From Candidatus Poriferihabitaceae bacterium (GTDB taxonomy: Bacteria > Pseudomonadota > Gammaproteobacteria > Arenicellales > Poriferihabitantaceae), in NCBI GenBank assembly GCA_965243285.1, contig OZ251537.1, forward strand, positions 2,713,484 to 2,777,483: DNA of 64,000 nucleotides, written 5' to 3'. Position numbers and translations under genes: made by a program. Below the pieces are notes generated by a model. The model saw only the letters and a list, made by a program, of their open reading frames with translations, searched no databases and was not told where the DNA came from. How positions within the stretch are numbered: the stretch's first letter is position 1; every line of letters starts with the position of its first letter. Shown here one piece after another: positions 30,951 to 40,149 of this stretch.

Positions 30951-31961
30951 TTACGCTTGATAACGCGCCATCATTTCGGCAGTCAATGCGGCGAATTCTT
31001 TTCGCAGTTCGGGCGGGCCGAGAACCTTCACCTGGCTGCCGAAACCCAATAGCCACCAGCGGAGTTCGGCGGTGTCGGCGATGGTGGCTGTTAGCAACGC
31101 GGCGGCGTCTTTTTGCGGGGTGATTTTTTGCTCGGCGGACAATTTTAATTCGGTCAAGTGGAAGGCGGCGCCACCGTAAAACAAAGCCCGCAGTTTGATG
31201 TTTTTATCCGATGCCGGGTAGGAAAATCCGTGTTCTTGTTCCACATATTGGGCGAGGTCGAAATCGGCGGACGGCTGGGCATCTTCATCTAACATCTCGG
31301 CGGTGCGCATACGATGCATGGCGTATTGGCGCGGCTCGGGGTAATCCCAGGCGCTTGCCACCAGGTAGATGATGCCGTCTTTCATGACGATTCCTAACGG
31401 CGTTAATGTTAGTTGTTGGACGGATTTTTTTCCTTTGCTTTGGTAGTCCACCGCGCATTTTTTATCGTTCAACAACGCTTCATAAACCGCATTTTGCACT
31501 TGGGGTTGAATGCCGGGCGGCGTGAGCATGGGGCCGCGTTTGATGATGCGAATTTTGTCCGACCATTTTCCTAAGCGGGTGGTTTGTAACACTGTTGCGG
31601 CTTTTTGGAAGTACGGCGCGAGAAAATCTTGCGTCACCTGTGGCATGACCGGCGTCAAATAGTCGGCGGTTAGTTGGAAGGCGAGCGCGGTGGCGGCGCC
31701 CATGTGGGGGATTTGAATCAACTTAGCATTGGGCCTAAAAAACCATCGCTGGGCGCGGCCGTGTTGCGTGCAATCCAGCGGAAAGAGCTCCACTAATTTG
31801 ATGAGATCGCGCTGTATGGTACGAATGTTGACTTTATATTCGGGCCTATCGCCCAGCAATTTATCGCGCAACTCCGCAGTGCTGATGCCTTTGGGTTTTG
31901 TTGGTATCATCTGCAGCAAGGTGATGTAACGCAAGGTGGTTTCGGCGGCGGTTTTTGGCAT
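30951..31961 (-). CDS. HTH-WYL-WCX transcriptional regulator
   Basis: N-terminal wHTH (ISTAELRDKL...NIRTIQRDL), central WYL-type region (DGIIYLVASAWDYPEPRQYAMHRM) and a C-terminal WWLLGFGSQVKVLGPPELR, typical of the PafBC/BrxR/CapW-like architecture. Confidence 0.8.
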   Translation of the reverse strand: MPKTAAETTLRYITLLQMIPTKPKGISTAELRDKLLGDRPEYKVNIRTIQRDLIKLVELFPLDCTQHGRAQRWFFRPNAKLIQIPHMGAATALAFQLTADYLTPVMPQVTQDFLAPYFQKAATVLQTTRLGKWSDKIRIIKRGPMLTPPGIQPQVQNAVYEALLNDKKCAVDYQSKGKKSVQQLTLTPLGIVMKDGIIYLVASAWDYPEPRQYAMHRMRTAEMLDEDAQPSADFDLAQYVEQEHGFSYPASDKNIKLRALFYGGAAFHLTELKLSAEQKITPQKDAAALLTATIADTAELRWWLLGFGSQVKVLGPPELRKEFAALTAEMMARYQA

Positions 31962-31974
31962 GGGGACTTACCTG

Positions 31975-32070
31975 GCGATTGACTTGGCGATTGATTCATC
32001 GATTAACTTATCGATTAACTTATCGATCAACTTATCGATTAACTTATCGATTAACTTATCGATCAACTGA
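31975..32070. repeat. Eight tandem 12-bp units (consensus ATCGATTAACTT), each carrying an ATCGAT palindrome, immediately upstream of the WYL regulator start
   Basis: Read directly: two degenerate units (GGCGATTGACTT, GGCGATTGATTC), then six near-perfect ones. Three 13-14 bp CGCGTGATT-type units follow, up to 32110. Confidence 0.9.
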
Positions 32071-32106
32071 GCGTGATTTAAGTTCGCGTGATTAGTGTCG
32101 CGTGAC

Positions 32107-33567
32107 TTAGGCCGCGGATAAAAACTCAACCAACGCCACCATGGCTTCGGTATCGCGCTGGCAATAGGCGCGCAGGTCGGCGGCTAAGGCTTGGGCGCGC
32201 GCCGGCGCGGTGCGCGGGTGGATGATCTCCACATAGGCGCGGCCGGCGGCGTTGCCGTCTTGCACTTCGCCGAGGTCGCGGTAATCGAGGTGCGCGGCGA
32301 TGGTCGGCAGCACCGCCTTTATCGACCACGAGCCGTGCATGTCGCGGTGGTAATAATTCGCGCGCGTCACGGGCAATAAATCCACCAAGCGCGCGATGAC
32401 GCGGGAGATAGCGGGCGCTAAATCGGGAAAGCGCGCCGCCAAATTGCCCAGGCATGTTTTTTCATACGCGCTATAGACGAAAATCGCGCCGCTATCTTGC
32501 AGCGCCGCCAGTAAGGTTTCGATAAAGGCGCGCATGGGCGCCGCGCCGCTGGTATCTAAAAATTCGCTATGCGTCAACGCACTGTTTTTTTGTTCGCTGT
32601 GGCATGACCATTGAAACGGCAACGCCTGATAGGGACGCGTGTCTTTCCAAATCGGCACCGCGAAGGCGATGGTTTCGAAATCCAAATAATAACGCGGATA
32701 GGTACATGACGCGATTGTTACCGCGGCGGCCGGGTTTAACTCGGCTTGATCATTGCACGTCGCCCGCCGCACCCGTTCGAGTTTGGCGGTAGGTAATCGC
32801 CCGGGCGGAATGTCGCGAATGTCGTGTATGCCTTCGGCTTGCAGTTGGGCTGCGAGTGCGTTGGCGTTTTTGCCCGGCAAATCGGTGACCGGATAGCCGC
32901 TGCGTGGCTCGCCGCAGTGATGTTTGAACGGGCAGGCATATGGTGAATCACAATGCGCGCCGACCTCGATGGCCGGCTGCGCGCCGCCCAATACTTTTTT
33001 GAAGCGCGCCACCCAAGCCGGCACTTCGGGTTTCAACTCGGCGATGGCGGCGGTGAGATTGGCGTGGGTGAATAAGCCGCGATAATCGCCATCGCCGCCA
33101 TAAATGAAATGTTTGTTGATGTGCGCCAATTCCACCTGCGCCACGGCCACGCCGGCGCCTTCCAACACCCAGGCTTGCACCGCGCAATCCGGCGCGTAGG
33201 GCGCTTTTACGCTGGTGCTGGATTTAACCTCGATTAAGCGATAGCCGGCCGGCATTTTTTCCAGCACATCGGCGCGCACTAATACGCCTTGATGGGAGAA
33301 AGTGGCTTCGAATAAGGTCTGCTGCGGCGCGTCTTTTAGGCGCTGTTGGGTCTCCGCCAATGCGCGCGCCAGGTTGCCGGATGGCTCAATAAAATGGCCA
33401 TCTCCATACAGCGCGCGCGCCACCACATTGACCTCCTCACCCGCAGATAAGCGATGCTCCACCGCCGCCGACACCGCTTTCAACTGCGGTTGATGCACCT
33501 CAAGCCACAGCCGTTTTTCACATTGTCTGCCGGACATGATTTTTGATTTGGAGAGGCGGTGGCTCAT
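32107..33567 (-). CDS. DUF2779-family protein (Cas4/RecB-like PD-(D/E)XK nuclease N-domain plus a DFET-motif C-domain)
   Basis: LSKSKIMSGRQCEKRLWL N-terminus, LIEVKSST (ExK), Cys cluster CDSPYACPFKHHC, then YYLDFETIAFAVP...PFQWSCH. This matches my recollection of DUF2779. Confidence 0.7.
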   Translation of the reverse strand: MSHRLSKSKIMSGRQCEKRLWLEVHQPQLKAVSAAVEHRLSAGEEVNVVARALYGDGHFIEPSGNLARALAETQQRLKDAPQQTLFEATFSHQGVLVRADVLEKMPAGYRLIEVKSSTSVKAPYAPDCAVQAWVLEGAGVAVAQVELAHINKHFIYGGDGDYRGLFTHANLTAAIAELKPEVPAWVARFKKVLGGAQPAIEVGAHCDSPYACPFKHHCGEPRSGYPVTDLPGKNANALAAQLQAEGIHDIRDIPPGRLPTAKLERVRRATCNDQAELNPAAAVTIASCTYPRYYLDFETIAFAVPIWKDTRPYQALPFQWSCHSEQKNSALTHSEFLDTSGAAPMRAFIETLLAALQDSGAIFVYSAYEKTCLGNLAARFPDLAPAISRVIARLVDLLPVTRANYYHRDMHGSWSIKAVLPTIAAHLDYRDLGEVQDGNAAGRAYVEIIHPRTAPARAQALAADLRAYCQRDTEAMVALVEFLSAA

Positions 33568-33606
33568 GGTTTTTTGTGTTTTGTGCGTTGCGCGTGGTTT
33601 GGGGAA

Positions 33607-33963
33607 TTACAAACCATAGACAGAGATAAAAAAATCACCATCATCAGTATTTTCAACTTCATAGGTGATGTCGAGATCATCTCTCCTATCACTACCTAAT
33701 GGTGTGAAATTAATTTTAGCGGCGCATTCATGAGCGCCGGTCTGATCATTGGTGTTTTGGGTACGGACGCTATCCAAAGTAACATTAAGCGAATCAAAGG
33801 TCTGGTTGTGATGATCGAGTTTTGGACCAACATGATCTTCGAATATTTCGAGAACCAAATCTTTGGCATCATCGGAGTTGCATTTAGGTACGGAATTCGA
33901 GCAACCGGCCAATACTGCGGTGGCGGCGATGAATGCAAACAAACTTAGGCGATGATGAATCAT
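33607..33963 (-). CDS. Small putative lipoprotein
   Basis: Lipobox LFAFIAATAVLAGCS after the Met at 33963. AT-rich; no family recognised. Confidence 0.5.
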   Translation of the reverse strand: MIHHRLSLFAFIAATAVLAGCSNSVPKCNSDDAKDLVLEIFEDHVGPKLDHHNQTFDSLNVTLDSVRTQNTNDQTGAHECAAKINFTPLGSDRRDDLDITYEVENTDDGDFFISVYGL

Positions 33964-34079
33964 GTCGATGTCCTCGTAGCGGCGAATGGCTGAAATAAAT
34001 GGCGAAATAGCGAAAAATGCGCGCCGAAAAATCGCGGCTTTCGACAATATAAAGCGGTAAAACGATAATATGTGTCGCA

Positions 34080-35153
34080 TTAATCCGGTTTTTGACCAAT
34101 AAAAATCGCCCGCCTCGGCGCTGGGTGGCCGTCGATGGTTTTGGCGGCATCAGCGGGGTCGAGAAAATCGGTTAGCGATTGAAATTGCATCCATTCGGTG
34201 CGGCGCTGTTCGGCGGCGGTGGTGAGGCTGATGTCGACGCAGCGGATGTTCACGGCGCCGGCCTGGCGCAGCCATTTTTCCAGCGCCAGGGGGGACGGGA
34301 TGGCGCGCACATTGCGCATTTTGGCGTAGCGCGCGGCCGGGCGCAGCACGCTGTCGACGCCGCCGGCCACGCTCAAGGTTTCGACCACCACTTCGCCGCC
34401 GGGGCGGGCCGCCGCCAACAATTCGCGCAGGTGGTCGAGCGGATGGCCGCGGTGATACAACACGCCCATGGAAAATACGGTGTCGAAGCCGTCCGCGCTG
34501 TCGCCGCGATATCCCATCGCGCCCATCGCCCCCCTCCCCCCAATGCGCGGAAGTTGCTCGCATTTGAGCGGCAACATGAAGGCCGCGGCGCCCCGGCAAT
34601 AACGTTTTAGCGCCGCGAATTGCGCCAGGAATAATTGACTCGGGTCGATGCCTAACGCCAGCCGCGCCCCTTGCCCGAGCATGCGCCACAGGCTATAGCC
34701 GTTGCCGCAGCCCACATCCAACACGCGGCGACCGCGCAAATCACTCAGCGCCGCCGCCAGCCGCTGCCACTTCAGATTCGAGCGCCACTCGCTGTCTACC
34801 ACTAAGCCGAATAACTCGAAGGGCCCCTTGCGCCATGGGCTCAATTGCAGCAAGGCGGCTTTGAGTTGCGCGCGCGCGGCGGCGGTGGCGTCTTGCGGCG
34901 CGCCGATACGGATGGCGGCGGCGTTGAAATCATAGCCCGAGGGCGTTATCTCCGGCAGGTGGATTAGCCGGTTTTGCCACGCCGCGCGATGTCCATGGGG
35001 GGCTGCTTTGTAGGCGGCGCGGCTGCTGTGGATGAGCGGCTGCGCCCACGCCCCTAAGCCGGCGGCTTGCAACGCCGGACGCAAACCGCGCGCCGGCGCT
35101 GCTAACATGGCGGCGGCTTCGGCGCCAGATTCAGCGCCCGTCGGCGGGCTCAT
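34080..35153 (-). CDS. cmoB: tRNA U34 carboxymethyltransferase CmoB
   Basis: SPWRKGPF, RVLDVGCGNGY and its position directly after cmoA. Confidence 0.9.
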   Translation of the reverse strand: MSPPTGAESGAEAAAMLAAPARGLRPALQAAGLGAWAQPLIHSSRAAYKAAPHGHRAAWQNRLIHLPEITPSGYDFNAAAIRIGAPQDATAAARAQLKAALLQLSPWRKGPFELFGLVVDSEWRSNLKWQRLAAALSDLRGRRVLDVGCGNGYSLWRMLGQGARLALGIDPSQLFLAQFAALKRYCRGAAAFMLPLKCEQLPRIGGRGAMGAMGYRGDSADGFDTVFSMGVLYHRGHPLDHLRELLAAARPGGEVVVETLSVAGGVDSVLRPAARYAKMRNVRAIPSPLALEKWLRQAGAVNIRCVDISLTTAAEQRRTEWMQFQSLTDFLDPADAAKTIDGHPAPRRAIFIGQKPD

Positions 35154-35959
35154 TTCAACGCCAAAAAAGCGCAGAAATTAAAGGCCTGAAACCATTGGCT
35201 AACTGGTGAAAACCCGACTGCCCGCAACCGCGTGAGATGCACGGCGGCGCTGTCGAGCGCCATAACTTTTTCCAGCGCGGCTCTTTTTTGCGCGATTTCC
35301 AGCGCGCTATAGCCGCAAGCCATTTTGAAATGGGCGTGCAATGCGTGCTGCAAACTGCCCTCGGCGGCATCGTCAAAGCGAATTTTTTCCGCCAAAACCA
35401 GCGCCCCGCCGGGTTTTAGGCCGGCATAGATGCGCGCCAACATGCGTCGGCGGTCGGCCGGCGGCAAAAATTGCAGGGTGAAATTCAACACCACCAAACT
35501 GGCGTTTTTTAGCTCGACATCGCGCACATCGCCATGCCATAACGCCAAGCGCTCGGCGGCGATAACACCGCGCAAATTATCGCCGCAGGCTTGCAACATG
35601 GCGGCCGAATTATCCACGCCGATGAAGCGCGCCGACGGCGCCACGCGCGCATGCATGGCTAACATGGCGGCGCCTAAGGAGCAACCCAAATCATAGATGG
35701 TGGAATCGGCCTGGGAATCGGCCTGGGAATCGACCTGGGTATAGCGTTGTGCGATAACGCCGAGCAAGGCAAGCAGCGTTTCATAGCCCGGCACCGAGCG
35801 GCGAATCATGTCCGTAAAAACCGCCGCCACGCGCTCATCGAACACGAAATCGGCCACGCGCGGCCGTTTTTCGGCGTAAATTTTATCGCTATGGGGTCGG
35901 TCGCCAGGGTCGGCGGAGTTGCCAGCTTCGCCCGAGTCGATGCGGTCGCTACAGCGCAT
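35150..35959 (-). CDS. cmoA: Carboxy-S-adenosyl-L-methionine synthase CmoA
   Basis: FDERVAAVFTDMIRRSVPGY, YDLGCSLG, and a 4-bp overlap with cmoB. An in-frame DSQADSQADS repeat is present. Confidence 0.9.
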   Translation of the reverse strand: MRCSDRIDSGEAGNSADPGDRPHSDKIYAEKRPRVADFVFDERVAAVFTDMIRRSVPGYETLLALLGVIAQRYTQVDSQADSQADSTIYDLGCSLGAAMLAMHARVAPSARFIGVDNSAAMLQACGDNLRGVIAAERLALWHGDVRDVELKNASLVVLNFTLQFLPPADRRRMLARIYAGLKPGGALVLAEKIRFDDAAEGSLQHALHAHFKMACGYSALEIAQKRAALEKVMALDSAAVHLTRLRAVGFSPVSQWFQAFNFCAFLALK

Positions 35960-35971
35960 GGTCGCCGCCGA

Positions 35972-36370
35972 CTAAATTTCTTCCAGTTCGATTAACGCGC
36001 CATGGCTATCTTTCGGGTGCAGAAAGATGACCGTTTTGCCATGGGCGCCGCGGCGCGGCGGGCCGAGAATTCGCATGCCATGGGCTTCGAGTTGTCGGCC
36101 GGCGCGCGCGATATTGTCGACCTCATAACACACATGATGGATACCGCCGGCGGGGTTTTTTGCCAAGAATTTGGTGAGCGGAGAATCTTCGCCCAGCGGT
36201 TCTAACAATTCGATTTGGGTGTTGGGCAAGCGCACGAACACCGTGCGCACGCCGTGCTGCGGCAAATTTTCCGGCGCCGTCACTTGGGCGCCGAGAACAT
36301 CTCGATAAAACGCCGCGGCGGCATTTAAATCGGCCACCGCCATGGCGACATGTTTGAGGCGACCAATCAT
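35972..36370 (-). CDS. Methylmalonyl-CoA epimerase (VOC/glyoxalase fold)
   Basis: LKHVAMAVADL...HHVCYEVDNI...GALIEL, plus its neighbourhood with meaB. Confidence 0.8.
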   Translation of the reverse strand: MIGRLKHVAMAVADLNAAAAFYRDVLGAQVTAPENLPQHGVRTVFVRLPNTQIELLEPLGEDSPLTKFLAKNPAGGIHHVCYEVDNIARAGRQLEAHGMRILGPPRRGAHGKTVIFLHPKDSHGALIELEEI

Positions 36371-36378
36371 GGGGTTGA

Positions 36379-37440
36379 TTATATCACCGGCTTAATCGGC
36401 GCCTTGGTGGATGATTTTGTCGCCGATTTCATGGGTGATTTCATGGGTGATTTCATGGACGATTTCGCATGCGTAAAAATCGCCACCAATTCTTGCGCCG
36501 CCAAGGTCGCCGGCACGGCGCCGCTGCCCACTTGCTCTAACATGCCGTCCAGGGCCGCCGCCACCGCTGGATTTTTGGTCAATTCCGCCAGCAATTGCTC
36601 GCGGGTTTCATTCCACAGCCACGATTGGGCTTGGCGGCGGCGGCGTTTTGCCAACTCGCCGTCGGCTGCTAACAGGCGGCCATACTGGTCAATTTTTTCT
36701 TGCACCTCGTCTAGGCCGGTATCGCACAGCGCCGAGACTTGCATCACCGGCGTGTGCCAGGCGGGGTGGCGGCGCTGCATTAACGCCAGTGCGCGCTGCA
36801 GGTCGGCGGCGGCGAGGGCGGCCGGGTGGCGCAAATCACCATCGGCCTTATTGACCATGATGAGGTCGGCCAACTCCATGATGCCGCGCTTGATGCCTTG
36901 CAATTCATCGCCGCCGACCGGCGACACCATCAGCAAAAAAACATCGGTCATCGCCGCCGCCATGGTCTCCGACTGCCCGACGCCGACCGTCTCTAAGATG
37001 ATGAAATCGAACCCAGCGGCTTCGCACATCAACAGCGCCTCGAAGGTGCGCCGCGCCACGCCGCCCAAGGTTTGCCCGGCCGACGATGGGCGGATAAAAG
37101 CGCGCGGATTGGCGGCCAGCGTCTCCATTCTGGTTTTATCGCCCAATATGGAACCGCCGCTGATGGCGGAAGAGGGGTCTACGGTCAACACCGCAACGCG
37201 ATGGCCGCGCGCGATGACGCGCTTGCCGAAGGCCTCGATAAAGGTGGATTTGCCGACCCCGGGCGCGCCGGTTATGGCCACGCGAATCGACGCGCCGGTG
37301 TACGGCATGGCTTCGCGCAGCAAGGCCTCGGCTTCGCGGCGATGCGAATCAAGGGTGGATTCGCATCGCGTAATGGCACGCGCCAGGGTGCGCCGGTCAC
37401 CGCCGCGCAGTTTGGCTAAGGTCACTGCGGTGTCGGTCAT
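36379..37440 (-). CDS. meaB: Methylmalonyl-CoA mutase-associated G-protein MeaB/ArgK
   Basis: P-loop GAPGVGKST, ETVGVGQSE and NKAD. The C-terminal tail carries a KSPMKSPMKS repeat. Confidence 0.9.
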   Translation of the reverse strand: MTDTAVTLAKLRGGDRRTLARAITRCESTLDSHRREAEALLREAMPYTGASIRVAITGAPGVGKSTFIEAFGKRVIARGHRVAVLTVDPSSAISGGSILGDKTRMETLAANPRAFIRPSSAGQTLGGVARRTFEALLMCEAAGFDFIILETVGVGQSETMAAAMTDVFLLMVSPVGGDELQGIKRGIMELADLIMVNKADGDLRHPAALAAADLQRALALMQRRHPAWHTPVMQVSALCDTGLDEVQEKIDQYGRLLAADGELAKRRRRQAQSWLWNETREQLLAELTKNPAVAAALDGMLEQVGSGAVPATLAAQELVAIFTHAKSSMKSPMKSPMKSATKSSTKAPIKPVI

Positions 37441-37445
37441 ACGCG

Positions 37446-37649
37446 AGGTACTTCGATCATTAAAATTAGGGATTTATATACCTAAAATTAGCGTAACCAA
37501 GTTAATGGCATGCCATGCATTGGCGCGACATTAATTACATCGGTTTTATGTCGCAACTCGGAGTACTTCGATAAATTAAAATTAGCGTAATCAAATTAAA
37601 TAAAATGCCAACATCACGCGACATTAATTACACCGATTTTATGCACCAG
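37446..37649. repeat. Tandem duplication of a ~95-110 bp AT-rich intergenic unit; the first copy carries a 15-bp GGGATTTATATACCT insert flanked by AAAATTA on both sides
   Basis: Units beginning GAGGTACTTCGATCATTAAAATTA... and GGAGTACTTCGATAAATTAAAATTA... both end in CGCGACATTAATTACA(T/C)CG(G/A)TTTTATG. Confidence 0.65.
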
Positions 37650-37673
37650 TGCCGTTTTCGCCGGCTGCACCAT

Positions 37674-39875
37674 TCACTGCGCTGCGGCAAATTCAAGCAG
37701 CGCTTGCTCAGCTTCTACGGTGGCGCCGGGTTGCGCCAGCACCGCTGCCACCACGCCGTCTTGTTCGGCGCATAGGGCGTTTTCCATTTTCATGGCTTCG
37801 ACCACCGCCAGTTCGTCGCCGGCTTTTACCTGCGCGCCCGCTTCCACCGCCACCGACACCAGCAGCCCGGGCATGGGCGAAAGCAAAAATCGCGACGGCG
37901 CGACAGCGGCCGCGGCCGGCATCAGGGCGTGCAATTGCGCGGTGCGCGGCGTTAGCACTTGCAGCGCGATTTGGCAGCCGCCGTGGGTTAACTCGTAACC
38001 ATGGCCGCGCGCCTCGATTTGCACGGTAAGCGCGGCGCCGTTCACTCGGCCGCGACAAACCGGCTCGCCAGCGCGCCACTTTTCCTCGATCAGCCAGTGT
38101 TTTTCGCCCGCTTCGCCGCCGCAGCGCACCCGCCAGCGCCCCGGCGCGCCGCCCACTTCGGCATCGTAATACGCGCTCTGCGCCGCCACCACCCAATGCG
38201 GGCCGATGGCGCGCGCAGGCCCCGGCAACTGGTCGCCGATGGTGGCGGCGCGCAGAGCGTTGCGGTGATGCCACACGGCGGCGATGGCGATGAAAATCCC
38301 GAGCGGCGGCGCGCCTGGGTTGCCGTCTGAGTTGCCGGCACTATCGACTTGCGCATCGCTGGCGAGGCCGGGCGCTTGGTCGGCACGGGCGAAGCCTTTG
38401 GGGTAGGCGCGGGCGATGAAATCGGTGGCAAAATCGCCCATCCGGAATTTTGGATGCGCCATGATGGCGGCCGCGAAGGGCAAATTGGTGGCCACGCCGC
38501 GAATATAGTATTCATCCAGCGCCTGACGCATGGCGGCGATGGCGGCGGCGCGGTCGGCGCCCCAGACCACTAATTTGGCCAGCATGGGGTCGTAGAATCG
38601 CGAGCTTTCACTGCCGGCTTCGACCCCGCTATCGACGCGCACCCGCGCCGCGCGGTGGTGGGCATGTGGGGCCGCATGTACATGTGAATGTTCGGCGGCA
38701 TGTTCGCCTACATCTATATGTGCGTCATGTACATGCGCGTCATGTACATGTTCATCGACCACGCCATCGTCGGTGCTTTTCGGCGGCCGGTAATGCGTCA
38801 ACCGCCCGCTCGATGGCATGAAATTTTTGAACGGGTTTTCTGCGTATACCCTGGACTCCATGGCCCAACCGTCGAGGGCCACTTCAGATTGAGTGATAGG
38901 CAATTTTTCACCGGCAGCGATGCGAATCATCCACTCGACCAAATCCAAACCGGTGATCATTTCGGTTACCGGATGCTCTACTTGCAAACGGGTATTCATT
39001 TCCAAAAAATAAAAATTACGCTGCGCATCCACCACCAATTCCACCGTGCCGGCCGAGACATAATCCACTGACCTAGCCAACGCCAATGCTTGGCCGACCA
39101 TGGCGGCGCGGGTGGCGGCGTCTATGAAGGGCGACGGCGCCTCTTCGATGACCTTCTGGTGGCGGCGCTGAATCGAGCATTCTCGTTCGTGCAACGCGAC
39201 CATGTTGCCGAAGGTATCGGCCATGATTTGGATTTCGATGTGGCGCGGCTGCTCGATAAATTTCTCGATGAGAATGCGCCCATCGCCAAAACTCGATAGC
39301 GCCTCGCTGCTGGCGCGGGTGAATCCGGCCGCCGCCTCGGCGCCGTCATAAGCCACGCGCATGCCCTTGCCGCCGCCGCCAGCGCTGGCTTTTATCATCA
39401 CCGGATAACCGATTTGCTCGGCGATCTCCACCGCCGCGGCCGCATCCGCCACCACTTCGGGGTGACCGGGAATGGTATTGACCCCGGCTTTTTTCGCCAG
39501 CGCTTTGGAGGTGATTTTGTCGCCCATGGCGCGAATCGCCGCTGCCGGCGGCCCGATGAAGGCCACCCCGGCGGCCTCTAAGGCCTCGGCAAAATCGGCG
39601 TTTTCGGATAAAAATCCATAGCCCGGATGCACCGCATCGGCGCCGCTGGTACGACACGCGTCTACGATGGCATGAATATCGAGATAACTTTGCGCCGACG
39701 GCGCCGGGCCTACGCGCACCGCCTCATCAGCACTGCGTACATGCAACGCGTTTTTATCCGCATCGGAATACACCGCCACCGTGGCCATACCCATGCGCCG
39801 CGCCGTTTTGATGATGCGACAAGCAATTTCGCCGCGATTGGCGATTAGTATTTTGGAAAACACGGCCGATGGCAA
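37674..39875 (-). CDS. Acetyl/propionyl-CoA carboxylase alpha subunit (biotin carboxylase + biotinyl carrier)
   Basis: ILIANRGEIA, ATP-grasp region and C-terminal VVEAMKMEN biotinylation motif. A His-rich insert (HVHDAHVHDAHIDVGEHAAEHSHVH) sits between the domains. Confidence 0.9.
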   Translation of the reverse strand: MPSAVFSKILIANRGEIACRIIKTARRMGMATVAVYSDADKNALHVRSADEAVRVGPAPSAQSYLDIHAIVDACRTSGADAVHPGYGFLSENADFAEALEAAGVAFIGPPAAAIRAMGDKITSKALAKKAGVNTIPGHPEVVADAAAAVEIAEQIGYPVMIKASAGGGGKGMRVAYDGAEAAAGFTRASSEALSSFGDGRILIEKFIEQPRHIEIQIMADTFGNMVALHERECSIQRRHQKVIEEAPSPFIDAATRAAMVGQALALARSVDYVSAGTVELVVDAQRNFYFLEMNTRLQVEHPVTEMITGLDLVEWMIRIAAGEKLPITQSEVALDGWAMESRVYAENPFKNFMPSSGRLTHYRPPKSTDDGVVDEHVHDAHVHDAHIDVGEHAAEHSHVHAAPHAHHRAARVRVDSGVEAGSESSRFYDPMLAKLVVWGADRAAAIAAMRQALDEYYIRGVATNLPFAAAIMAHPKFRMGDFATDFIARAYPKGFARADQAPGLASDAQVDSAGNSDGNPGAPPLGIFIAIAAVWHHRNALRAATIGDQLPGPARAIGPHWVVAAQSAYYDAEVGGAPGRWRVRCGGEAGEKHWLIEEKWRAGEPVCRGRVNGAALTVQIEARGHGYELTHGGCQIALQVLTPRTAQLHALMPAAAAVAPSRFLLSPMPGLLVSVAVEAGAQVKAGDELAVVEAMKMENALCAEQDGVVAAVLAQPGATVEAEQALLEFAAAQ

Positions 39876-40149
39876 GATGGGAAAAGTTGATGGATGATGG
39901 CCATAAAATGATGGCCATTAAAATGAAATAGCATCATGTTAATCACCGCCATAGCGATAGCGATAGCAATAGCAAAATTTTGTGATTTATTCGATGACTT
40001 ATTCGATAGTTTAACTGCACAGTTGGTTTAACTTCGCAATTCGATAACCATGCGCGGTCACTATCCATCCCTAATTTTACGAAAAATATCAGCCTAAAAT
40101 AGCACCCGATAACTCGCCCATAAACCGCACCGATTTCCGCTACTATTTT

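Noticed and set aside
31975-32070. Tandem repeat arrays considered as CRISPR (also 9360-9410, 25000-25060 and 56916-57105)
   Set aside because: The units are 12-16 bp and directly adjacent, with no unique spacers. No cas genes are in the window.
36350-37534. 394-aa ORF on the + strand
   Set aside because: It lies entirely antisense to meaB, which has clear P-loop and G-protein motifs. Its Ala/Ser/Arg/Met-rich composition is typical of shadow ORFs in GC-rich DNA.
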